A stretch of DNA of 64,000 nt from Minisyncoccota bacterium (GCA_041660505.1 JBAZWG010000001.1:115979-179978); one strand, 5' to 3'. Counted from the stretch's first letter, positions 26,747 through 37,813 are shown. Numbers and translations are program-made. The notes: generated by a model not told the origin, from the letters alone.

Positions 26747-27661
26747 ATGGGTATCTTTATCGTGGCAATCATCACCCTCATCATTGTAAACCTTCTAGTT
26801 AATGGCTGGGAGGTTGTCAATGAGCCAGAGGTTGCAATCAAACAGCGACTTGGAAAGTATGTGGGTACGGAAGCACGAGCAGGTTTTCATTTCTGTTTCC
26901 TACAAGGCCTTCTGACCACGCTCGTCCGATTCAAGGTTGAGAGGGTCGAGAAAACAATTGCTATCGAGGACGTTAAAACTCCTGATAACATTATCAGTGT
27001 TGTAGCGAGCAGCTACCGCTATAGCCCTGACCCAAGTAATGCCGCCAATTTCATTTTGAGCAAGATGCACACCGGTGTTGAAGAATCGTTCGAGAGGGCG
27101 ATTAAAACGAATGTACGCGAGCTGGCTCGAAGGCAAGGTGAAAAACCGGAAACATGGAAAGAGCTCATGGACTCAACCGAGATGATTTCACGCGAAGTCA
27201 TCAGGAAAATCTGCAACGGTGCTACCAATGAGGACATCGATGCGATCTACAACGATCGCGCGAACCACAAGGTGGCGCCTTGGGGGGTTATCGTCCACAA
27301 GATTGATGTCACAAGGGTAGTCTCCGACATTAAACAAACCGAAGCCGAATCTGATAAGGCGGCAGAGGAGCCTCAACAGCAAGGCCAGGTCAAGAACATG
27401 GAGACTATCATCCTGATGGCAGCCAAAATAAAGGAGAAGTTCCCAGGTCAGTCAGATGACTGGTGCTTCAGTCAGGCACGGTTTGTCCAGATGTCGATCG
27501 ACAAGGGCACGAAGGGTATGCCCCAGATACTTGACCCTGTCTGGGCATCGCTTGGCAACAACCTCATGTCTGTACTGATGGAGTTCGCAAGGTCTAGACA
27601 GAGTAGTAACCCTAAGATCATCTACTTGCCAACAGGTTCAAACACGGGAAAGGAGGAGTAG
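26747..27661 (+). CDS. Divergent SPFH/Band 7 domain protein
   Basis: TM then VVNEPEVAIKQRLGKY..GFHF, KTPDN, WGVIVHKIDV. Confidence 0.65.
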   Translation: MGIFIVAIITLIIVNLLVNGWEVVNEPEVAIKQRLGKYVGTEARAGFHFCFLQGLLTTLVRFKVERVEKTIAIEDVKTPDNIISVVASSYRYSPDPSNAANFILSKMHTGVEESFERAIKTNVRELARRQGEKPETWKELMDSTEMISREVIRKICNGATNEDIDAIYNDRANHKVAPWGVIVHKIDVTRVVSDIKQTEAESDKAAEEPQQQGQVKNMETIILMAAKIKEKFPGQSDDWCFSQARFVQMSIDKGTKGMPQILDPVWASLGNNLMSVLMEFARSRQSSNPKIIYLPTGSNTGKEE

Positions 27662-27665
27662 TGTT

Positions 27666-28226
27666 ATGAACAGAACAATTGGAAACCTATTGATAACTCC
27701 TTTCCTGATCCTAATCTTGATCTTGGGGGTGACGCAGTGCGGAAGGACTCCGGCTTCGCCCGCCAGTATAACCACCCAGGCTCCGGCCGTCCCCGTCCAG
27801 ATCTGGGCCGGGCACGAAGTCTGGAAGGCCACTAGGACTTTCATACCGACCACACCCAGATTCGTCTGGGGAAAGGATGGTAAGTCCTTCCGTGGCTGGG
27901 AGAAATCAAGAGACAGCGAGTACATCGCCCGCTACTGGTCGACGAGAATGACTCGTGACACCACCACCCATCGCGCATTCGAATATGTCAGCGAAGGGAA
28001 TTGTGTCACGACTGGTGTAATTGACTTCCACAAGTCTTGTGGCAAGTCAAGAGAGACCACGCCGGAATTCATAACGGCTCGAGTGGTCGCCAGAGTAGAC
28101 GCGGCGTACACCTACGAGCCGGAGAACGCGGAAGAAGGCGGGTGTAAAATCACCCTCAACTTCCGCAACGTCGAGCTCTGGCGACCCGAGGACATCCCAC
28201 CACGTGTCCTCGACCAGATGCCTTGA
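27666..28226 (+). CDS. Hypothetical exported or lipoprotein-like protein
   Basis: Hydrophobic N-terminus followed by Cys; GGAG RBS upstream. Confidence 0.6.
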   Translation: MNRTIGNLLITPFLILILILGVTQCGRTPASPASITTQAPAVPVQIWAGHEVWKATRTFIPTTPRFVWGKDGKSFRGWEKSRDSEYIARYWSTRMTRDTTTHRAFEYVSEGNCVTTGVIDFHKSCGKSRETTPEFITARVVARVDAAYTYEPENAEEGGCKITLNFRNVELWRPEDIPPRVLDQMP

Positions 28227-28270
28227 TGTCATCGTCTAACTAAAGGAGAGTGATTCTATAGATTTTCACG

Positions 28271-28312
28271 AGCCCCGGAGGTTACATTCATAAGAATGGA
28301 CACCGGGGTTTT
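28271..28312. terminator. Probable terminator hairpin between convergent genes
   Basis: AGCCCCGG...CCGGGGTTTT. Confidence 0.5.
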
Positions 28313-28328
28313 GTGCTTCTTGCCACTT

Positions 28329-30803
28329 TTACAAACAGGTAAGAGAAGCGATCGAGTCCCCTTCGCGGAGCTTCATTATTCTCACGCCTTGGGTTTGGCG
28401 ACCTAATGTCGGGATTTGCTTGATTTCTGTTCTTATCACTTGGCCGTTCTTGGAGATGGCGATAATTTCATTCTCTACGTCCGGCGTTATTATGCGGGCC
28501 ACCATTACCTTCCCCGTCTTCGGCGTAACTTTCGATGTCTTAATACCGGAACCGCCTCTGTGTTGAGTTTTATATTCCTTGGCCGCCGTCATCTTGCCAT
28601 AGCCGTTCTCGCTCATGATGAGGAACTTCACTTCTTTATTGGATTTCTTGACTACATCCGCGCCGACGATAAAATCATTTTTCTTGAATTTCATTGCGCG
28701 CACACCTGTTGCATTCCTGCCCATCTCGCGCACATCTGATTCTTTAAATCGTATCGATTGGCCGAGCGAAGTTGAGAGAATTATATCGTCACCTTTCTCG
28801 ACGAATAGTGCGCCCATGAGCTGGTCACCATCATCAAGCTTAATTGCGATAAGCCCGCTCCGGCGCACGTCTTTGAAGTTCTCGGCCGCCACTTTCTTGA
28901 TTGTCCCCTGCTTCGTAATAAGTGCGAGTGAAAGCGAGGCTTGCTCCTTGGCCGCCTTGGGCATGGCGAGCACAGATGTAACTCGCTCGCTCTCGCCTAG
29001 CGAGACGAAGTTCATAATTGATTTGCCGCGCGTAGCACGCTTGCCTTCCGGTAACTCGAACATCTTGAGCTGATAGGCCTTGCCTTTGTCGGAGAAGAAC
29101 AAAATGTCACTATGAGTATTCGCGGTAACGAAGTTGGTGATGAAGTCTTCTTCTTTCGTATCCAGATCAATGACGCCGACGCCACCTCTGCGTTGGACGC
29201 GGTACTCGGCCGGGTCGGTGCGCTTAACGTATCCGCCGGAAGTAAGGACCAGTACGTTGTCTGCCTCGGGCACCAAGTCCTCATCGCGAATCTCCTTGAC
29301 TCCGCCCTTGACCACGCGCGTTCTGCGCTCGTCGCCGTATTTGATTATCAATTCTTCAAATTCTTTCTTGATGACGCCGAGCATTTTCTTGGTGCTCGCG
29401 AGAATTTCTTTGAGCTCGGCAATGAGTAGCTGGAGTGCTCCAAGCTCGTCTTCTATTTTCTTACGTTCGAGGCCGGCAAGTCTTTGCAATTTCATTTCGA
29501 GAATCGCCGTCGCCTGGAGTGCAGAGAATTTGAATCTGGCGATAAGTGCCGCGTGCGCCTCGGGACCGTCTTTGGACTTTCTGATTATTTTTATTACTTC
29601 ATCAATGAAATCAAGTGCCTTTTTCAAACCAAGCAAAATGTGTTCGCGCTCCTCCGCCTTGCGCAGGTCGAAAGCCGTGCGACGCTTGACCACCTCTTGA
29701 CGGTGCTTGAGGAACTCTTCGAGGATAGTGCGGAGCGAGAGTATCTTCGGCACGCCATTCACCAAGGCGAGCATGTTGTAGTTGAAGGCCTGCTCGAGGT
29801 CGGTGTGCTTGTATAAAAAGTTAAGAACCTTCTGCGGATAAGTCGCGTTTTTGAGGTCTATCACGATGCGCGTGTCGTTCGTCGATTCATTGCGGATGTC
29901 CTTGATACCTTCCAATTTTTTCTCATGCACGAGGTCGGCGATCTTCACAATAAGCTCCGAACGATTGACCTGATACGGTATCGAGGTGATGACAATCTGG
30001 AAGGTACCGGCTTTATTCTCGACTATCTCGGCCTCACCGCGCACAATGACACCGCCGCGGCCGGTCGCATAAGCGTGATTAATGTCTGCCTGATTGAAAA
30101 TGACTCCGCCCGTCGGGAAGTCGGGGCCCTTCACGAACTTAAGCAAATCTTCCGTCGTCGCGTCTTTGTTCTCAATAAGATGAATCAGTGCCTCGAGAAC
30201 TTCTTTAAGATTGTGTGGCGGGATCTTGGTTGCCATGCCCACGGCAATACCAAGCGTACCGTTCAAGAGCAGGTTTGGCAGAGTGGTCGGGAAGACTGTG
30301 GGCTCTTTGCGCGTCGCATCGTAGTTCGGTATCCATTCCACAGTCTCCTTCTCGATGTCTCGCAAGAGTTCCTCGGTAATCTTCGACATCTTGGCCTCGG
30401 TATAACGGTGCGCCGCTGCCGAGTCACCTTCGATAGAGCCGAAGTTACCTTGGCCGGCCACGAGCGGGTAGCGCATGTAGAATTCCTGCTTCAGCTTGAC
30501 CATCGCGTCATATACCGCCACGTCGCCGTGAGGGTGATACTTCGCCAGCACATCGCCGACGACAGCTGCCGACTTGCGGAATTTGGCGGAGGTGGTGAGC
30601 CCGAGCTCATGCATCACAAATAAAATTCTGCGGTGCACAGGCTTCAAACCGTCTCTAACGTCAGGAAGTGCGCGTGAGACAATAACAGACATCGCGTAGT
30701 CGAGGTACGACACGCGCATCTCCGGCACGATGTTCATCTTAATGACGTTCACATGCGGAGTGACCGGCTGGTTATTCTCTTTGTTTTTATTTTTGTCCGC
30801 CAT
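28329..30803 (-). CDS. gyrA: DNA gyrase subunit A
   Basis: [28 protein letters not shown], GyrA box QRRGGVG, C-terminal pinwheel repeats. Confidence 0.97.
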   Translation of the reverse strand: MADKNKNKENNQPVTPHVNVIKMNIVPEMRVSYLDYAMSVIVSRALPDVRDGLKPVHRRILFVMHELGLTTSAKFRKSAAVVGDVLAKYHPHGDVAVYDAMVKLKQEFYMRYPLVAGQGNFGSIEGDSAAAHRYTEAKMSKITEELLRDIEKETVEWIPNYDATRKEPTVFPTTLPNLLLNGTLGIAVGMATKIPPHNLKEVLEALIHLIENKDATTEDLLKFVKGPDFPTGGVIFNQADINHAYATGRGGVIVRGEAEIVENKAGTFQIVITSIPYQVNRSELIVKIADLVHEKKLEGIKDIRNESTNDTRIVIDLKNATYPQKVLNFLYKHTDLEQAFNYNMLALVNGVPKILSLRTILEEFLKHRQEVVKRRTAFDLRKAEEREHILLGLKKALDFIDEVIKIIRKSKDGPEAHAALIARFKFSALQATAILEMKLQRLAGLERKKIEDELGALQLLIAELKEILASTKKMLGVIKKEFEELIIKYGDERRTRVVKGGVKEIRDEDLVPEADNVLVLTSGGYVKRTDPAEYRVQRRGGVGVIDLDTKEEDFITNFVTANTHSDILFFSDKGKAYQLKMFELPEGKRATRGKSIMNFVSLGESERVTSVLAMPKAAKEQASLSLALITKQGTIKKVAAENFKDVRRSGLIAIKLDDGDQLMGALFVEKGDDIILSTSLGQSIRFKESDVREMGRNATGVRAMKFKKNDFIVGADVVKKSNKEVKFLIMSENGYGKMTAAKEYKTQHRGGSGIKTSKVTPKTGKVMVARIITPDVENEIIAISKNGQVIRTEIKQIPTLGRQTQGVRIMKLREGDSIASLTCL

Positions 30804-31017
30804 TCTGTAAGTTATTGATTACATTCTTTATATAGTCTATCGGGCTCATCGAAGTGGCGGGTTGGCTATTGGAGCCGTTGTTAAGGGTATAACTGAAGTT
30901 GACAGCCCAGATCGCGAAGACTACTGCCATGCATAATCCGAGCACCACATACATAATCTGCCGGCGGGTATGTTCCGGCTTGGCCTGCACCTTTTCTATT
31001 GTATCTAAAATACTCAT
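30787..31017 (-). CDS. Small single-TM hypothetical protein
   Basis: KPEHTRRQI then TM; overlaps the gyrA start. Confidence 0.6.
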   Translation of the reverse strand: MSILDTIEKVQAKPEHTRRQIMYVVLGLCMAVVFAIWAVNFSYTLNNGSNSQPATSMSPIDYIKNVINNLQNGGQK

Positions 31018-31044
31018 TTCCTTTCAACTTTTAAACTTTCAACT

Positions 31045-31689
31045 TTATGAACTTACGGGATCTATAATAACAACGTCTCCCTCTTTGCCCTCCAAGTCTT
31101 TCTTGCGTAAAGTGAGCTTATCGATAGGCTTGGCACCCTCATCACCGTAGGCTTTTAAAAATTGCTGGAGTAGCGCCTTGTCAATTCCCTTCACACCGGC
31201 GTGCATCGGGATGACAAGCTTGGGTTCGAGCGTTGTTGCCACATCGGCCGCCATCGCTGGCGTCAAAACTTCTCCGCCCGTTATCGGTACAAACAAGAGG
31301 TCAATCTCGCCAAGTTGCTCGATAACGTCTGCAGAAATATCTTTTACGTTAAGTGCGCCCAAATGACAAAGTCTGGCCCCTTCGAACAATACAGAATATA
31401 TTGTGTTGAACTTTTTCTCATTATTTACCACCTGCTCTATCCCAACGCCTTTTATATAGATATCTTTAGTCTCATATTCACCCGGACCGTCGACGACAAA
31501 AGGCACTTTACTGCCGAAGGTGCATTCCGAAATGCCATTGTAGTCCGGATGATGCATCGAGACCATAACGAGGTCGGCACCGAATTTACTGCCTTTATAG
31601 GCTGACTCTTTAGAGACCGGATTGAAGGCAATAATAGTGTCGCCGAATTGGATCTTGTACGAGGCGAGTCCGTAATAGGTAATAACCAT
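31045..31689 (-). CDS. MBL-fold metallo-hydrolase-like protein
   Basis: ITYYGLAS, DGPGEYE, LCHLG, DLLFVPI, EPKLVIPMH. Confidence 0.8.
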   Translation of the reverse strand: MVITYYGLASYKIQFGDTIIAFNPVSKESAYKGSKFGADLVMVSMHHPDYNGISECTFGSKVPFVVDGPGEYETKDIYIKGVGIEQVVNNEKKFNTIYSVLFEGARLCHLGALNVKDISADVIEQLGEIDLLFVPITGGEVLTPAMAADVATTLEPKLVIPMHAGVKGIDKALLQQFLKAYGDEGAKPIDKLTLRKKDLEGKEGDVVIIDPVSS

Positions 31690-31720
31690 AGGGCTATATT
31701 ATAGCAAAAAATAGGCTCTT

Positions 31721-32179
31721 CTACAAGCCGGAAATTAGATCGCCGACACGTACGCCGTGCCTGTCCGCCCAGCCGGCGGAGAGCTCTATAACGCCGTTAA
31801 CGTGAGCCGGGGATTCATAAATTTTCGGAACGTCGGCAGGCAAAGGAATGTTGCGCTCGATGCCAAGCACTCGGCCGTTCGCCACCCAGACAAGATCAAA
31901 AGGCATAAGCATTCCTTTGTTCCAGAACTTCGTATTTATAGGCTTGGGGAATGTGAAAATCATTCCTTCATCATCATCAAGAGACGCTACCCCCATCAGC
32001 CCGCGTTCCTGATCCGCTGGTGTCTCGGCCATTCGTGCATTAATAGTCTCGCCTGCAAGCTCTATCTCTGTAACGCGCATCTCGGCGTAGGCCTTAGGCT
32101 GATAATATTTCTGCGTGAAGAAAATAATAACTCCCGCGACAATAAGCACGAGCAAAAAATAAAGTTGTTTTTTATGCAT
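31721..32179 (-). CDS. DUF192 family protein
   Basis: AETPADQERGLM, GMIFTF, FWNKGM..PFD, VIELSAG. Confidence 0.85.
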   Translation of the reverse strand: MHKKQLYFLLVLIVAGVIIFFTQKYYQPKAYAEMRVTEIELAGETINARMAETPADQERGLMGVASLDDDEGMIFTFPKPINTKFWNKGMLMPFDLVWVANGRVLGIERNIPLPADVPKIYESPAHVNGVIELSAGWADRHGVRVGDLISGL

Positions 32180-32378
32180 GGAGTAATCGTAACATGCCGA
32201 GCTTAGACATCTTGTGGATAACACTGTCGCCTCGCCGGCGACCCGCCGTAGAGGCGGGTGGACAAATGAATGAAAATACTGTAATATCTTGCCATTAGTA
32301 ATTAAAAAGCCGGTAGACCCCCGGCACTGCCACATAGATGGCTAGCTCGAAAGAGTAATTAACGGGTCTTTTGTATTT

Positions 32379-33554
32379 ATGGCTATGAACGCAGTTGCAG
32401 ACATTATCCAGGCAGAAGAGGAGCAGGGATTGCTCCCATCTTCGCAGATGACAGAGGTTTTGAATAAAACACGCGGGCTCCCGAATGTCGGCGAGCTTAT
32501 CGAAGGCGAAGTTTTGGGTCACGGCAAACTTACTCTATATATAGACTTGGGCGTACTGGGCACGGGCATTATCTACGGTCGCGAATATTTGAACGCGCGC
32601 GATGTAATCAAGAAGATTAATCCCGGCGACAAAATTACGGCGAAGGTTGTTGGTCTCGAAGACGAGGTGAGCGGTTATATAGAGCTCTCGCTTAAAGAAG
32701 CGCGCCAAGCGGCCATCTGGAAGGAAGCAGAAGCGGCTATCACCAACAAAACTCCGCTCGAGATTGCAGTGAAGGACGCGAACAAAGGCGGGCTCATTAT
32801 GGACTGGCAAGGTATCATGGGCTTCTTGCCGGCATCTCAACTCAAGAGCGAGCACTACCCGCGCGTAGCCGACGGCGACAAGGACAAGATCATGGGCGAG
32901 CTCAAGAACTTGATAGGCAAGAAACTGACGGTTGCGATAATCGCCGCCGACCCCAAGGAAGGCAAGCTCATCTTCTCCGAGAAGGGCGCATCGCAGAAAG
33001 AAAAAATCGAGATGATCAGCAAGTATCACGTGGGCGACGTTGTGACCGGCGAGGTGACCGGCGCCGTTGACTTCGGCATCTTTATGAAAGTTGAAGATGG
33101 ACTCGAAGGCTTGGTACACATCTCTGAAATAGACTGGGCACTTGTCGAGAATCCTCGCGCGCTTTACAAAGTCGGCGACAAGATCGAGGTTAAGATAATC
33201 GAAATCAAGGACGGCAAACTCTCGCTCTCTATTAAATCCCTCAAAGAAAATCCGTGGAAAAAATCGGAGGCAAAATATAAGAAGGGCACTGAAGTTAAGG
33301 GTGTACTTATTCGTTACAACAAACACGGCGCATTGGTCTCTATCGAAGAGGGTATCGCCGGCTTGGTGCATGTCTCGGAATTCGAATCGCTCGAGAAGAT
33401 GAAGGCCAAGCTCGAGCTCGGCAAGTCGTACAACTTCTTCATCACTATGTTCGACGCCAAGGATCAACGCATGGCACTCTCGCTTAACGATCCATCGAAG
33501 GCGAAGAAAGTGGAGGAGAAACCGGCCGAGACGACAGAAGCAAAAGCAGAATAA
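32379..33554 (+). CDS. rpsA: 30S ribosomal protein S1 (four S1 domains)
   Basis: NKGGL..GFLPASQL, DFGIF..GLEGLVHISE, LSLSIK. Confidence 0.88.
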   Translation: MAMNAVADIIQAEEEQGLLPSSQMTEVLNKTRGLPNVGELIEGEVLGHGKLTLYIDLGVLGTGIIYGREYLNARDVIKKINPGDKITAKVVGLEDEVSGYIELSLKEARQAAIWKEAEAAITNKTPLEIAVKDANKGGLIMDWQGIMGFLPASQLKSEHYPRVADGDKDKIMGELKNLIGKKLTVAIIAADPKEGKLIFSEKGASQKEKIEMISKYHVGDVVTGEVTGAVDFGIFMKVEDGLEGLVHISEIDWALVENPRALYKVGDKIEVKIIEIKDGKLSLSIKSLKENPWKKSEAKYKKGTEVKGVLIRYNKHGALVSIEEGIAGLVHVSEFESLEKMKAKLELGKSYNFFITMFDAKDQRMALSLNDPSKAKKVEEKPAETTEAKAE

Positions 33555-33595
33555 TTCAAATTATTCACAGCCTCCCAACTTCCAACTCCTATCTC

Positions 33596-34225
33596 CTAAC
33601 TCCTATTATATTCCCCCATTGCTCTATCACGGCCTTCGGTGATTATTGCCGTAAGTGCTTCTGCCGCTCTCTTGGCGATTTTCTTGAACTCTTCGGATTC
33701 AGCTTTAGAAAATTTGCCTAATATAAGATCAATGACCGCATCCTCGCCTATCGGCTTTTTGAGTTTGCCGGACGGCGTTACCTTCGACACGCCAACACGC
33801 ACGCGAGTGAATGCTTCAGATCCTAGAACCTTCACTACAGACTTGAGCCCGTTATGCCCGCCGGGACCACGATTGTACGAAACTCGTAAAGTACCAATCG
33901 GCAGGTCAATGTCATCGTGCACGATAATTAAATTCTCGTAAAACTTTTTACCTTTCGTGATCTTGCGTCCGAGCAAAGTCGGACTTACTGCCCCGACGCT
34001 CTTTCCGGAATTATTCATGAACGTCTCTGGTTGCATGAGCAGTACACCGATCCTTTCAACTTTCCCCTTTGTAACTTTCGACTGTGTCTTTTTATCACTC
34101 TCCCATTCAGCCAGCTCATAAACTTTCCTAAATTGCTCAAGCACAATCCGCCCGACATTATGCCGCGTCTGTTCGTACTCTTCCCCCGGATTCCCCAAAC
34201 CCACGATTACAAAGTTTTTTGCCAT
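33596..34225 (-). CDS. pth: Peptidyl-tRNA hydrolase
   Basis: VGLGNPG, TRHNVG, TFMNNSG, VHDDIDL, GGHNGLKS. Confidence 0.97.
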   Translation of the reverse strand: MAKNFVIVGLGNPGEEYEQTRHNVGRIVLEQFRKVYELAEWESDKKTQSKVTKGKVERIGVLLMQPETFMNNSGKSVGAVSPTLLGRKITKGKKFYENLIIVHDDIDLPIGTLRVSYNRGPGGHNGLKSVVKVLGSEAFTRVRVGVSKVTPSGKLKKPIGEDAVIDLILGKFSKAESEEFKKIAKRAAEALTAIITEGRDRAMGEYNRS

Positions 34226-34311
34226 AAATTTAGAGTTGACTTTTTATTTTTATTTCTGCTATAATACAACTGTTCATTAGAAAGCGCCGGCCTGTACGGC
34301 GTTTTCCTTTT

Positions 34312-34917
34312 TTACAGATCTTTTTTGATTCTATACTTCCAGTCATTAAGGTCAATAAAATTGACTTTTCCTCGTTTTTCTTTAATCAACTCTCGTAACT
34401 TTGACGAAAATCTTGAGGTAAAATACCTTGGACCAATTCTGCTCTTCCTAGCACTAGAAGCAATGTAGATTTTAACCCCTTTTTCCACTAAGTCTCGCAT
34501 TAAGTATTCAAAGTCTCCGTCACCTGTAAAAATAAGAAATTCTGTGTGTGGACTTGCGTACTTTTCTGCATCAACAGTCAGTTCAACATCGCAATTTGAT
34601 TTCCATTTTACACCCCCTTCTATGGTATGATTAATGCCAGTTGAACAATTAGGGCATTTTATATTGATGACAGAGTCTTTGTTTTTATATATAAAAAATG
34701 GTTTTGCGCGCATGGCATAACCAAGCTTTGCTAGCTCTTCATATTCCTGGATGAGTGAATCATTTCCTTGTTGTATACCGGAGTAAAAGAAAATCTTTTC
34801 GCACTGCCATTTGTCGGCAAGATAGGCATGCATCTTTCTCCAGTCGATAACAAAGCCAAGCAACTTGTTCGCTGTGGTTTCTGTGTTTTGAACGTCGATA
34901 AAGGCGACGCGAGACAT
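34312..34917 (-). CDS. NYN domain (LabA/DUF88, PIN-like) protein
   Basis: AFIDVQN, K.NCDVELTVD, FTGDGDF. Confidence 0.85.
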   Translation of the reverse strand: MSRVAFIDVQNTETTANKLLGFVIDWRKMHAYLADKWQCEKIFFYSGIQQGNDSLIQEYEELAKLGYAMRAKPFFIYKNKDSVINIKCPNCSTGINHTIEGGVKWKSNCDVELTVDAEKYASPHTEFLIFTGDGDFEYLMRDLVEKGVKIYIASSARKSRIGPRYFTSRFSSKLRELIKEKRGKVNFIDLNDWKYRIKKDL

Positions 34918-35077
34918 GCTTTTGCATTGTACCAAATCAAGGCCTACAATAAGGCCTTTTTCGTGTTCATACCCAATACTTGACAAAACTGTCAATAGTG
35001 TGCTACTGTTATAGGTAGCTTTTTGACATTCTTACCAACCTCAAACCGCACGGGGTCTTCGGGCGCGCGACAAACGC

Positions 35078-35635
35078 TTGCGCGCAAATAAGCTGCCATC
35101 TTTGGCAGAAAGGAGACCTGTGTTAGAAACCATCCCGGAACTCGAGTCCCGGCGGGTTGAGGTAGAAGAGGGGACGATTTTCGTCTCCTTCGGCGGCATG
35201 GCTGGGTCACTCCTCGACTCTGAGTCGTGGATCGGGATCAGCGGCATGGCCCATGAGGTGAGTTTCAGGGTCATGAGCGATGGGGAAGTCCAGCTGGGGG
35301 AATGGTTCGACGCTGATCCGTTCAGCGACGATGTCTCCGGTTGGCAACGTTGGGTAGGTTACCAAACAACGCCGCTGAATAAGGCGGTCTACTGTTTGGG
35401 TAACACCCGAGAAGTTTCCTACGGGAGACTTTTCGGAGTAACAACCCACGAGTGGCTCTTTGGGGAAGATAAGGGTCTCCCGGCCATTCGAGCGGAATTC
35501 CCAGGCGCAAGGGTCCTGTACCTCACGGCCGAGGGAGTGTTCGTCGAGGGGGCGAAGTCGTTGGTCACGAAGTGCGACAACGACGACAGCGTCGGGTGCG
35601 TGGAAATCCACGTACAAGCCGACTTTCCCTGGTAA
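35078..35635 (+). CDS. Hypothetical protein (start uncertain)
   Basis: GC-richer ORF followed by a hairpin terminator. Confidence 0.5.
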   Translation: MRANKLPSLAERRPVLETIPELESRRVEVEEGTIFVSFGGMAGSLLDSESWIGISGMAHEVSFRVMSDGEVQLGEWFDADPFSDDVSGWQRWVGYQTTPLNKAVYCLGNTREVSYGRLFGVTTHEWLFGEDKGLPAIRAEFPGARVLYLTAEGVFVEGAKSLVTKCDNDDSVGCVEIHVQADFPW

Positions 35636-35691
35636 GACTTTTTTAAGCGCTCTGGTTCGTCCGGAGCGCTTTTCTGTTTTTATCCGTCCCT

Positions 35692-35790
35692 ACCGACGAG
35701 GTTCAACCTCGGCGGTAAAAGATTGGCGGCAAGGAGAGACCTCTTCCCTTTTTCTTCGCAAAATTCCTTAAGGACTCACCTTACCGTCAA
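35692..35790. repeat. Cluster of three AGG-N5-CCT palindromes
   Basis: GAGGTTCAACCTC, AAGGAGAGACCT, AAGGACTCACCTT; the last two have complementary outer flanks. Confidence 0.7.
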
Positions 35791-35877
35791 AAAATATTTT
35801 TTATCCCCTTTTTCGTTCATTTCTCACGGTATCAGAAGTGTGCTATAATGCACAGATAATCCTCAATTTTGTCAAAA

Positions 35878-36471
35878 ATGCCTGAAGAAAAGCCTAAAGA
35901 AAACGTGAATACGGAATCTGACACAATGACCATAAAAGACTTTATCATCGAAGTGATAAAGTTCTTCGTCTTGGCGCTTGTTATTGTCCTCCCCATCCGC
36001 GCCTATGTGGCCCAGCCGTTCATTGTGAGCGGGACATCGATGGTGCCAACTTTCGAAGACGGCCAATATCTGATTATAGACGAACTTTCTTATCGCTTTC
36101 ATGAGCCGGCGCGGGGGGACGTCATTATCTTTAAATATCCGCTCGACCCTTCCAAGTTCTTCATCAAGCGCGTTATTGGCTTACCTGGCGAGACTGTAAC
36201 AATCAAGAATGGCGACGTCAGTATCACAGAGGCTGGTGGCAAGACTATCACGCTCGACCAATCGTATGTGAAATTTCCGCGTGTTGATTCAGAAATTAGC
36301 ATCCTAGGCAAAGATGAATATTGGGTAATGGGCGACAATCGCTCCGCGTCATCAGACTCACGAAGCTGGGGAGCCATCACACGAGAGCATATTGTGGGGG
36401 TTGCGGCTCTGCGCCTCTTCCCCCTTTCCGGAATTTCCGTATTACCAGGTAAAGTAACTTACAAAAATTAA
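35878..36471 (+). CDS. lepB: Signal peptidase I
   Basis: VSGTSMVPTF, RGDVIIF, IKRVIGLPGE, MGDNRSASSDSR. Confidence 0.96.
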   Translation: MPEEKPKENVNTESDTMTIKDFIIEVIKFFVLALVIVLPIRAYVAQPFIVSGTSMVPTFEDGQYLIIDELSYRFHEPARGDVIIFKYPLDPSKFFIKRVIGLPGETVTIKNGDVSITEAGGKTITLDQSYVKFPRVDSEISILGKDEYWVMGDNRSASSDSRSWGAITREHIVGVAALRLFPLSGISVLPGKVTYKN

Positions 36472-36474
36472 ATT

Positions 36475-37797
36475 ATGAAAAAAGAATTAAAGAAAATTGG
36501 TGGCGCGCTGAAGGATCCGGCGCAAACCGCGAAGGGTATGCGCGACTTGATCGGCGAGGAGCTCTTCGGCTTCCAAGGATTCTTCGAGAAAGCGGCCGAG
36601 GTCGCGCTCTACTACGGCTTCAAGCCGATCGAGACGCCGATCATGGAGGACATTCGCATCTATCTCTCCGGCCTGGGCGAAGGCACCGACGTTATCGACA
36701 AGCAATTATATTCGCTCAAGACGAAGGGTGGCGACTTGCTCGCCCTGCGCCCGGAGTTCACTGCCGGCGTCATGCGCAGTTATATCGAGCAAGGCATGCA
36801 ATCTTGGCCGCAACCGGTCCAGCTCTACAGCTACGGCGCCTGCTTCCGTCATGACAAACCGCAGAAGGGCCGCTACCGTCAGTTCTATCAATTCAATATG
36901 GAGATACTCGGCACCGACAAGAGTATAGCCGACGCCACCATCATTCGCTTGACCACGCTCATCTTGCAAGAGGCCGGCCTCGAGAACCTAACGCTCGAAA
37001 TAAATTCCATCGGCGACAAAGAATGCCGCCCAGCCTATCGCAAGGAATTGGTGAATTATTACAAGAAACATGTCGGTGAAATCTGTGCGGATTGTAAAGA
37101 GCGTTTGAAGACCAATCCTCTCCGTCTCCTCGATTGTAAAGAGGAGAAATGCCAGCCGATCAAAGCCGGTGCACCCACCTCTGTCTCTTTCCTTTGCGCC
37201 AACTGCAAACATCAGTTCAAAGAAGTGCTCGAATATCTCGAGACTTTGGGTGTCGAGTACACCATCAACAATCATCTCGTGCGCGGATTGGATTACTACA
37301 CCAAGACGGTGTTCGAGATTAAATTGCCGGACGCGACGAACGAAGACGGCTCAAAGACCGAGGGACTTTCCGTCGCCTCTGGTGGCCGCTACGACTACTT
37401 GGCCAAGGCGCTCGGCAGTAAAAAAGACGTGCCGGGCGTCGGTGTCGGCATCGGGACAGACCGCGTGCTGATGGACAAGCATGCAGACCTCGCTCCGCGC
37501 ATCGTGAAGAAGCCTAAGATGTACTTCATCCAGCTTGGCTTCGACGCGAAATTGAAGAGTTTGCTCGTTACCGAGATCTTGCGCAAGTGCAGGATTCCAG
37601 TTTCGCATTCTTTATCCAAGGACAGCTTGGGTGTTCAGCTCGGCATGGCGGAGAAGCTCGGCGTGCCATACGCCCTTATCTTGGGTCAACGCGAGGTCTT
37701 CGACAACACTATCATCGTCCGCAACATGACGAACAGGTCGCAAGAGATCGTCAAAATTGACAAACTGGCCGAATACTTGAAGAAAATCAAGTTTTAG
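36475..37797 (+). CDS. hisS: Histidine--tRNA ligase
   Basis: LRPEFTA, PQKGRYRQFYQ, LVRGLDYY, GGRYD. Confidence 0.97.
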   Translation: MKKELKKIGGALKDPAQTAKGMRDLIGEELFGFQGFFEKAAEVALYYGFKPIETPIMEDIRIYLSGLGEGTDVIDKQLYSLKTKGGDLLALRPEFTAGVMRSYIEQGMQSWPQPVQLYSYGACFRHDKPQKGRYRQFYQFNMEILGTDKSIADATIIRLTTLILQEAGLENLTLEINSIGDKECRPAYRKELVNYYKKHVGEICADCKERLKTNPLRLLDCKEEKCQPIKAGAPTSVSFLCANCKHQFKEVLEYLETLGVEYTINNHLVRGLDYYTKTVFEIKLPDATNEDGSKTEGLSVASGGRYDYLAKALGSKKDVPGVGVGIGTDRVLMDKHADLAPRIVKKPKMYFIQLGFDAKLKSLLVTEILRKCRIPVSHSLSKDSLGVQLGMAEKLGVPYALILGQREVFDNTIIVRNMTNRSQEIVKIDKLAEYLKKIKF

Positions 37798-37813
37798 GCT
37801 ATACTGCTCTCCT

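Noticed and set aside
32213-32221. DnaA box as possible oriC (near-matches also at about 45328 and 61495)
   Set aside because: Isolated boxes, no cluster, no AT-rich unwinding region or dnaA nearby
32535-33467. 310-aa ORF antisense to rpsA, and similar long antisense ORFs over gyrA, ftsZ, valS and clpB
   Set aside because: Shadow ORFs of strongly biased coding frames; no recognisable motifs
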